Source: Candidatus Gottesmanbacteria bacterium (GTDB lineage Bacteria; Patescibacteriota; Microgenomatia; UBA10105; UBA927). From it: a stretch of DNA of 64,000 bases. The stretch's first letter is position 1, and each line of letters opens with the position of its first letter. Positions 58,489 to 64,000 of the stretch are shown one piece after another. Both the position numbers and the translations under genes were made by a program. The stretch spans positions 375,830 to 439,829 of the forward strand of contig CAVQFA010000003.1 in assembly GCA_963711735.1 (NCBI GenBank). Reading direction: 5' to 3'. The notes under the pieces are model-generated. The model did no database searches, had not been told where the DNA came from, and was given only the letters and a program-made list of their open reading frames with translations.

Positions 58489-58525
58489 TTGACAAGGATT
58501 AGCACTCGTTGTATATTACTGCTAA
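58489..58525 (+). promoter_or_regulatory. sigma70-like promoter (TTGACA-N17-TATATT) overlapped by a CIRCE-like HrcA operator (TTAGCACTC-N9-TACTGCTAA)
   Basis: Read directly. The left half matches the CIRCE consensus 9/9 and the right half 7/9 (consensus GAGTGCTAA). It ends 1-2 nt before the hrcA ATG. Confidence 0.5.
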
Positions 58526-58526
58526 C

Positions 58527-59270
58527 ATGACAGACGAAAAAGAGATACATCTGACACCCCGTCAGACGCACGTACTGATGGCTATTATCGAAGAATACGT
58601 TGAAACCGCTGAACCGGTCGGGTCGGAAACGCTTGAGAAAAAACATAATCTCGGTGTCTCTCCGGCTACAATCAGGAATGATATGGTCCGGCTGACAAAC
58701 ATGAAACTTTTGTCTCAGCCGCATACCTCCTCAGGACGTACTCCGACTCCGATGGCTCTCCGGTATTACGTTGATCATCTCATGAAGCAGAAGGATTTGT
58801 CCGTTGCAGAGGAAGTGTCTGTTAAAGAACGTATCTGGGATTACCGTCAGGAAGCAGATAAACTTCTTCGTGAGGCGACACGAACACTCGCTGAAAAAAC
58901 CCGGACGCTTGCCCTTACTGTTACAAAAAGTGGAGATATTTATTACGCCGGTGCAGTAAACATTCTGGATATGCCTGAATTTTACAATTTCCAGCGTACG
59001 CATAATTTATTTGCGCTTCTTGATCGATATGACTTTTGGTGGGATTTACTGGTGGCTCATGCAGACCCGTTTGATATCCTTCTGGGAGAGGATATCGGAA
59101 ACGAATCATCACTACTTTCCGAATGCGGATACGTATATTCTAAATTTGATTCTCCGAGGCTCAGCGGAGCCATAGGAATCGTTGGACCTTCAAGGCTCAA
59201 TTATCCGATGATTATACCCGCAGTACGGTATATGGGAACGCTTATCCGTGATATGAGCGCTAATTGGTAA
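58527..59270 (+). CDS. hrcA: heat-inducible transcription repressor HrcA
   Basis: N-terminal winged HTH (LTPRQTHVLMAIIEEYVETAEPVGSETL...VSPATIRNDMVRL) and a C-terminal HrcA domain. ATG 58527 was chosen over the upstream TTG. Confidence 0.85.
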   Translation: MTDEKEIHLTPRQTHVLMAIIEEYVETAEPVGSETLEKKHNLGVSPATIRNDMVRLTNMKLLSQPHTSSGRTPTPMALRYYVDHLMKQKDLSVAEEVSVKERIWDYRQEADKLLREATRTLAEKTRTLALTVTKSGDIYYAGAVNILDMPEFYNFQRTHNLFALLDRYDFWWDLLVAHADPFDILLGEDIGNESSLLSECGYVYSKFDSPRLSGAIGIVGPSRLNYPMIIPAVRYMGTLIRDMSANW

Positions 59271-59272
59271 GT

Positions 59273-59779
59273 ATGAAAAAGCAAGGTCAGGAGCCCCAGG
59301 ATGGAAAAACCCAGCGGAAAGATGCAAAAATTTCCGTCGGGAGTGATACAGGACACGAGGATTGGAAGGCAAAATATATTCGTGCACTTGCCGATTACCA
59401 GAATCTGGAGAAACGTGTTTTTGCCCAAACGGACAGTATAAGAAAATATGCATCAGAACAGTGTATTAATCGATTTTTGCCTGTTGTTGATGCGCTTGAA
59501 CAATTGCGGACACACATAAAAGATGAGGGTCTGGAGATTGTATGGAAGCAGATGACTGATGTACTGGGGGGTGAAGGTGTCGTAAGGATTGATGCAATCG
59601 GCAAATTATTTGACCCATACAGCATGGAATGTATTGAAATTGTAGAAGGGGATGATGGTGTAGTTATAAATGAAACGCAGGCGGGGTACAGATTACATGA
59701 TAAAGTCATCCGCCCGGCGCGTGTGAAAGTAGGGAAACGGACGATTGTTTCCCCTGATACACAGCGTATAAAAAATTAA
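59273..59779 (+). CDS. grpE: nucleotide exchange factor GrpE
   Basis: ALADYQNLEKRVFAQTDSIRKYASEQCINRFLPVVDALE long-helix region and a C-terminal beta domain. 3 nt after hrcA. Confidence 0.85.
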   Translation: MKKQGQEPQDGKTQRKDAKISVGSDTGHEDWKAKYIRALADYQNLEKRVFAQTDSIRKYASEQCINRFLPVVDALEQLRTHIKDEGLEIVWKQMTDVLGGEGVVRIDAIGKLFDPYSMECIEIVEGDDGVVINETQAGYRLHDKVIRPARVKVGKRTIVSPDTQRIKN

Positions 59780-59800
59780 CAGTTTTATGTAATGTTTATA

Positions 59801-59822
59801 TTCTTGAATTATGATTCAAGAA
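59801..59822 (+). promoter_or_regulatory. perfect 9-bp inverted repeat with 4-nt spacer (TTCTTGAAT-tatg-ATTCAAGAA) between grpE and dnaK
   Basis: Read directly. It is followed by AT-rich sequence and the dnaK RBS (AAGGAGG, 7 nt before the ATG). Confidence 0.3.
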
Positions 59823-59849
59823 TTATATTAATATTTCAAGGAGGTATTT

Positions 59850-61760
59850 ATGGCAAAAATTATTGGAATAGATCTTGGAACTACAAATTCTTGCGTTGCC
59901 GTTATGGAAGGCGGGAGCCCGAAGGTTATCCATTCTGCGGAGGGCAGAAATGTAATTCCGTCTGTTGTTGATCCTATCAAAAACGTCGTCGGTGATGTGG
60001 CAAAACGTCAGATGGTGATAAATCCCAAATCTACTATATTTTCCGTAAAACGGCTTATGGGGAGAAAATATACGGATGCAAGCGTCCAGGCTGATATGAA
60101 ATGGCTTCCGTATACCATCAAATCAGGTAAAAACGGTATGGCAGTTGTCGAAGTAGAAGGCAGACAGTTCACTCCGCAGGAAATCTCCGCCAAGATTCTC
60201 TCAAAAATAAAAGCTGACGCCGAGCACTATTTGGGAGAACCGGTAAAACAGGCAGTTATAACGGTTCCGGCGTATTTCGATGACAGTCAGAGACAAGCGA
60301 CAAAACAAGCCGGAGAAATTGCCGGACTTGAAGTCATGAGGATTATTAATGAGCCGACAGCTGCAGCGCTTTCTTACGGAATGGATAAAAAGAACGCCCA
60401 CACGATCGCCGTATATGATCTCGGAGGGGGGACATTTGATATTTCCATTCTGGAGCTTGGTGAAGGCGTATATGAAGTAAAAGCAACAAACGGTGATACG
60501 CATTTAGGCGGAGATGATTTTGACAAAAAAATTCTGGATTATTTTGCCGATGAGTTTAAAAAGGAGCACGGCGTTGATCTGAGAAAAGATGCACAGGCAT
60601 TGCAACGGCTCCGTGATGCGGCGGAAAAGGCAAAAATAGAACTATCAAGCTCTATGGAAACGGAAATAAACCTGCCGTTTATCACACAGGGCAAGGAAGG
60701 ACCGCTCCATTTGGTCATGAAATTATCACGGTCCAAACTTGAGTCTATTGTCGATGATCTCATAACCAAATCCATCGAACCGGTGAAAAAATGCCTCGCA
60801 GACGCGAAAATTACATCATCAAAGGTTGACGAAATCGTCATGGTAGGCGGTATGACCCGCATGCCGAAGGTGGTAGAAGTGGTAAAAGCATTTTTCGGCA
60901 AGGATCCGAACAGGTCCGTTAATCCTGATGAAGTTGTGGCGGTTGGTGCTGCAGTTCAGGGTGGGGTACTTGCAGGTGACGTGAAAGATGTGGTACTTCT
61001 CGATGTCACGCCTCTCACGCTTGGTGTTGAGACGCTCGGGAGTGTATCCACACCCCTTATAACACGAAATACAACGATTCCGACAAGCAAATCCGAGATT
61101 TTTTCAACAGCTGCGGATAACCAGACGTCAGTTGAAATCAATGTCCTGCAGGGAGAGCGTCCTATGGCTGCTGATAATAAATCACTCGGGCGGTTTGTCC
61201 TGTCAGGTATTCCGCCGGCGCCGCGCGGTGTTCCGCAGATTGAAGTTATGTTTGACATTGACGCAAGCGGGATACTCAACGTAACTGCCAAGGATAAAGC
61301 TACAGGGAAGGCAAACACGATTAAAATTACCGGTTCTACAGGTCTTGCCAAAGATGAAATAGAGAAGATGAAAAAAGAGGCGGAAGAACATGCATCAGAG
61401 GATGCAGCGAAAAAAGACAGAATCGAAGCGCGGAATAAAGCAGACACGATTCTGTATCAGGCCGAAAAGACGCTCAGGGACGCAGGTGAGAAAGCTAAAC
61501 CGGAAGATAAGGCAAGCGTTGAGGAAAAAGTGAAAGCACTGAAGGAAATTCTGGAAAGCGGTACCAAAGAGGATTTGGAGACCAAAACCAGTGAACTGTC
61601 TGATGCGCTCCAGAAGGTAGGCGCATCCATGTATCAGAATCAGGATGCACAGACATCCTCGGCAAAGACAGAAGAGACAAAGGGAGACGGGGAACAACCC
61701 ACGGGAAATGGGAAAAAGAAAGACGAGAAAAAAGTGGAAGAGGGTGAGGTAGTAAGTTAG
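59850..61760 (+). CDS. dnaK: molecular chaperone DnaK (Hsp70)
   Basis: Full-length Hsp70 with [18 protein letters not shown], the [13 protein letters not shown] region, a substrate-binding domain and an acidic C-terminal tail. Strong SD. Confidence 0.95.
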   Translation: MAKIIGIDLGTTNSCVAVMEGGSPKVIHSAEGRNVIPSVVDPIKNVVGDVAKRQMVINPKSTIFSVKRLMGRKYTDASVQADMKWLPYTIKSGKNGMAVVEVEGRQFTPQEISAKILSKIKADAEHYLGEPVKQAVITVPAYFDDSQRQATKQAGEIAGLEVMRIINEPTAAALSYGMDKKNAHTIAVYDLGGGTFDISILELGEGVYEVKATNGDTHLGGDDFDKKILDYFADEFKKEHGVDLRKDAQALQRLRDAAEKAKIELSSSMETEINLPFITQGKEGPLHLVMKLSRSKLESIVDDLITKSIEPVKKCLADAKITSSKVDEIVMVGGMTRMPKVVEVVKAFFGKDPNRSVNPDEVVAVGAAVQGGVLAGDVKDVVLLDVTPLTLGVETLGSVSTPLITRNTTIPTSKSEIFSTAADNQTSVEINVLQGERPMAADNKSLGRFVLSGIPPAPRGVPQIEVMFDIDASGILNVTAKDKATGKANTIKITGSTGLAKDEIEKMKKEAEEHASEDAAKKDRIEARNKADTILYQAEKTLRDAGEKAKPEDKASVEEKVKALKEILESGTKEDLETKTSELSDALQKVGASMYQNQDAQTSSAKTEETKGDGEQPTGNGKKKDEKKVEEGEVVS

Positions 61761-61800
61761 TCAGCAAAAAGCAGATATTAAAAAAATTGTTATTTATGAA

Positions 61801-61824
61801 GGCGCGCGGTTATATTCGCGCGCC
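61801..61824 (+). terminator. GC-rich hairpin (GGCGCGCG-gttatatt-CGCGCGCC) downstream of dnaK
   Basis: 8-bp all-GC stem 40 nt after the dnaK stop. Not followed by a clean U-tract, so it may be a partial terminator or processing site. Confidence 0.3.
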
Positions 61825-61866
61825 TCATGCATTATGCGATATATAGCTTTGTGGTACTCTTAATAT

Positions 61867-62766
61867 ATGGCAGAGAAACGTGATTTTTACGAAGTATTGG
61901 GTGTATCCAAATCAGCATCAGCAGATGAGCTGAAACGTGCGTACAGGAAGCTTGCTCTCGAATGGCATCCGGACAGGAACAAATCTCCCCAGGCAGAAGA
62001 AAAATTTAAAGAAATAAATGAAGCGTATGCCGTGCTTTCAGACCCCAAAAAGAAAGAAACATATGACCAGTTCGGTCATAGTGCATTTCAACCGGGAATG
62101 GGCGGAGGGGCTCAAGGTCAGGGACCCTTCGGTGGCGGATTTCGTCAACAGGGTCCATTTTCATACTATTATTCTTCCGGCGGTGCTGGCGGTGGCGGTG
62201 CTCCGTTTGGATCCGATTTTTTCGATCCATTTGAAATTTTTGACCAGTTTTTCGGTGGTGGTTTTGCAGGCAGGCAAACCAGACAAAGACGTGAGGCATA
62301 TCAAATGACAATTGACTTTATGGATGCGGTCCATGGAGTTACAAAAGAAATTCATATACCAAAAGGTTCTGCGGGTGACGGATCTGTTAAAAAAACGATA
62401 AAAATTCCACCGGGAGTCGATACGGGTTCCCGGATACGCTTTGAAGATTTTGATATTGTCATAGAAGTCCGTCCGGACAGAGAGTATTCGCGTGAGGGAG
62501 ACGATGTCATAATAGAAAAGCGAATTTCTTATGCACAGGCAGTTCTCGGAGCGGTGACAGATGTGCCTTCTTTAGACGGACCTGTGAGCATCCGAATTCA
62601 GCCGGGCACTGAACCCGGGACACTCATACGGTTGAAAAACCGCGGGATTACGCATATACACGGCGGAGGCAAAGGTGACGCGTATATCAAGCTTTCCATA
62701 GATATTCCCAAGCGGTTATCCAAACACCAGCGGGATCTTCTCGAAGAATTGGATGAATCATTCTGA
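61867..62766 (+). CDS. DnaJ-family co-chaperone lacking the Cys-rich zinc-finger domain (type II/CbpA-like)
   Basis: J domain with HPD ([11 protein letters not shown]), a long G/F-rich region, and two C-terminal beta domains. No CxxCxGxG repeats and no Cys at all. Confidence 0.8.
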   Translation: MAEKRDFYEVLGVSKSASADELKRAYRKLALEWHPDRNKSPQAEEKFKEINEAYAVLSDPKKKETYDQFGHSAFQPGMGGGAQGQGPFGGGFRQQGPFSYYYSSGGAGGGGAPFGSDFFDPFEIFDQFFGGGFAGRQTRQRREAYQMTIDFMDAVHGVTKEIHIPKGSAGDGSVKKTIKIPPGVDTGSRIRFEDFDIVIEVRPDREYSREGDDVIIEKRISYAQAVLGAVTDVPSLDGPVSIRIQPGTEPGTLIRLKNRGITHIHGGGKGDAYIKLSIDIPKRLSKHQRDLLEELDESF

Positions 62767-62800
62767 TCTATTTATATCTACTTCTGTTATTTATTCATAT

Positions 62801-62828
62801 TTGACGGCGCAAATCTCCATGGTATAAT
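62801..62828 (+). promoter_or_regulatory. sigma70-like promoter for nusA (TTGACG-N16-TGgTATAAT, extended -10)
   Basis: Read directly, ~60 nt upstream of the nusA ATG. Confidence 0.45.
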
Positions 62829-62855
62829 AGGGGTAACGAATCTGTAATCGCATGA

Positions 62856-62886
62856 GGTGGGGAGTTCCCGCCATTTTTTTTATTAT
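62856..62886 (+). terminator. terminator-like hairpin plus U9 tract in the nusA leader, abutting the start codon (candidate attenuator)
   Basis: GGUGGG-gaguu-CCCGCC (6-bp stem, one G-U) followed by a run of 8-9 T. The nusA ATG follows within ~5 nt. Confidence 0.35.
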
Positions 62887-63981
62887 ATGCCAGCAATAGT
62901 ACGGTCAGAATTTGCACTTGCCCTTAATCAGGTCGCTACCGAGCGCGGTATTGACCCCACAATTGTGCTTGAAACAATACAGGCTGCAATTCTTGCCGCG
63001 TACCGTAAGGATTACGGGACAAGTGAACTTGAGCAGTTGACGGTTGAGCTTAATGCCGATACCGGTGAAGCAAAAATCACAAAAGACGGGAAAGACATTA
63101 CCCCTCCCGGATTTGGCCGCATTGCAGCGCAGACTGCCAAACAGGTCATTCTTCAGCGTATCCGCGAAGCTGAAAAGCAAGCAGTGCTTTCCGATTACCA
63201 GATGAAGATAGGGACAATAGCGAGCGGCATGGTACTACGGTTTGACGGCCCCAATGTGATTGTGGATATCGGACGCACGCAGGCAGTCATGCCCGTATCG
63301 GAACAAAGCCAGGGTGAAGCATATCATCTCAACCAGCGGTTGACGTTTTATATCGAAGGCATCCGTGAAACTGCCCGCGGAAACGAAATTATCGTTTCCC
63401 GCGCACATAAAGGATTGGTTGAAGGCTTGTTTAAACGGGAAGTTCCTGAAGTTGCACAAGGGGCGGTTGAGCTTCGCATTGTTGCCCGTGAAGCAGGAGG
63501 AAGAACAAAAGTTGCCGTATATTCGTCACAAAGCGGAGTTGATCCTGTCGGATCCTGTGTCGGGCAAAAAGGTGTCCGTGTTCAGGCAGTTATCAATGAG
63601 CTGGGCGGGAGTGAAAAGGTAGATATTATTCAATGGAGCGATGATACCAAACAATTTATTCTTTCAGCGCTTGCCCCTGCAAAGGATTTAGAAATCTCAC
63701 TCAACGAAGACCAGAAAACTGCGGAAGTACTATGTCCTGATGATCAACTGTCGCTTGCAATCGGCAGAGACGGACAAAATGTACGGCTCGCAGCGAAGCT
63801 GACGGGATGGAAAATTGATATAAGAGGAAAAGGAATTCCTGCGAAAAACCCCGAAGAATCCAAAAGCGAAACAGCTCAGACAGATGATAAAAAGAATGAT
63901 GAATCGGAGAAAAAAACAGAAAACGTTGCAGATGCATTAAAAACGGAACCGGTTAAACAAAAAAAGAAAAATAAATCATAA
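62887..63981 (+). CDS. nusA: transcription termination/antitermination factor NusA
   Basis: N-terminal domain (MPAIVRSEFALALNQVATERGIDPTIVLETIQAAILAAYRK), S1 (GMVLRFDGPNVIVDIG) and KH1/KH2 (GVRVQAVINELGG, LAIGRDGQNVRLAAKLTGW), then a Lys-rich tail. ATG 62887 was chosen over the upstream GTG. Confidence 0.85.
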   Translation: MPAIVRSEFALALNQVATERGIDPTIVLETIQAAILAAYRKDYGTSELEQLTVELNADTGEAKITKDGKDITPPGFGRIAAQTAKQVILQRIREAEKQAVLSDYQMKIGTIASGMVLRFDGPNVIVDIGRTQAVMPVSEQSQGEAYHLNQRLTFYIEGIRETARGNEIIVSRAHKGLVEGLFKREVPEVAQGAVELRIVAREAGGRTKVAVYSSQSGVDPVGSCVGQKGVRVQAVINELGGSEKVDIIQWSDDTKQFILSALAPAKDLEISLNEDQKTAEVLCPDDQLSLAIGRDGQNVRLAAKLTGWKIDIRGKGIPAKNPEESKSETAQTDDKKNDESEKKTENVADALKTEPVKQKKKNKS

Positions 63982-64000
63982 TTTCATTACCCAGGTTTGT

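Noticed and set aside
58509-58526. TTG/GTG-initiated extensions of hrcA (58509), grpE (59264) and nusA (62857) in the ORF track
   Set aside because: Conserved N-termini align to the downstream ATGs. The extensions overlap promoter/operator or terminator-like elements.

Overview
This 64 kb window looks like a chromosomal segment from a small-genome, moderate-GC bacterium whose gene content resembles Candidate Phyla Radiation/Patescibacteria; that assignment is inferred from content only. It is dense with housekeeping genes: secD-secF, a CCA-adding enzyme, recJ, aspS, gltX, era, greA, tpiA, rpsT, murJ, an hrcA-grpE-dnaK-dnaJ operon with a CIRCE-like operator, and nusA. One tRNA-Gln(CUG) gene is present, with no encoded CCA. 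These are interleaved with cell-envelope and accessory genes: an ECF sigma/anti-sigma module, ABC transporter, LCP protein, GT39 glycosyltransferase, AT3 acyltransferase fusion, FemAB paralogues, Pro/Thr- and Cys-rich surface proteins, a PilN/PilO-like operon and several helicase/nuclease genes. I found no CRISPR array, rRNA gene or recognisable transposase/integrase. I cannot single out one obvious novel system, so the hunt section lists the candidates separately. The most unusual are an aspartyl-tRNA synthetase fused in cis to a YbaK/ProX-like deacylase domain, a kinase-like/methyltransferase fusion operonic with an LtaS-like protein, a secreted bactofilin-like repeat protein, a GT39 + Ig/C39-peptidase + AT3-CE4 envelope cluster, a UvrD-nuclease fusion beside tandem FemAB genes, and leader-RNA structures upstream of nusA and a small gene next to aspS. 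Motif coordinates were read by eye from the printed sequence and may be off by 1-2 nt. CDS starts are taken from the ORF track by codon arithmetic.
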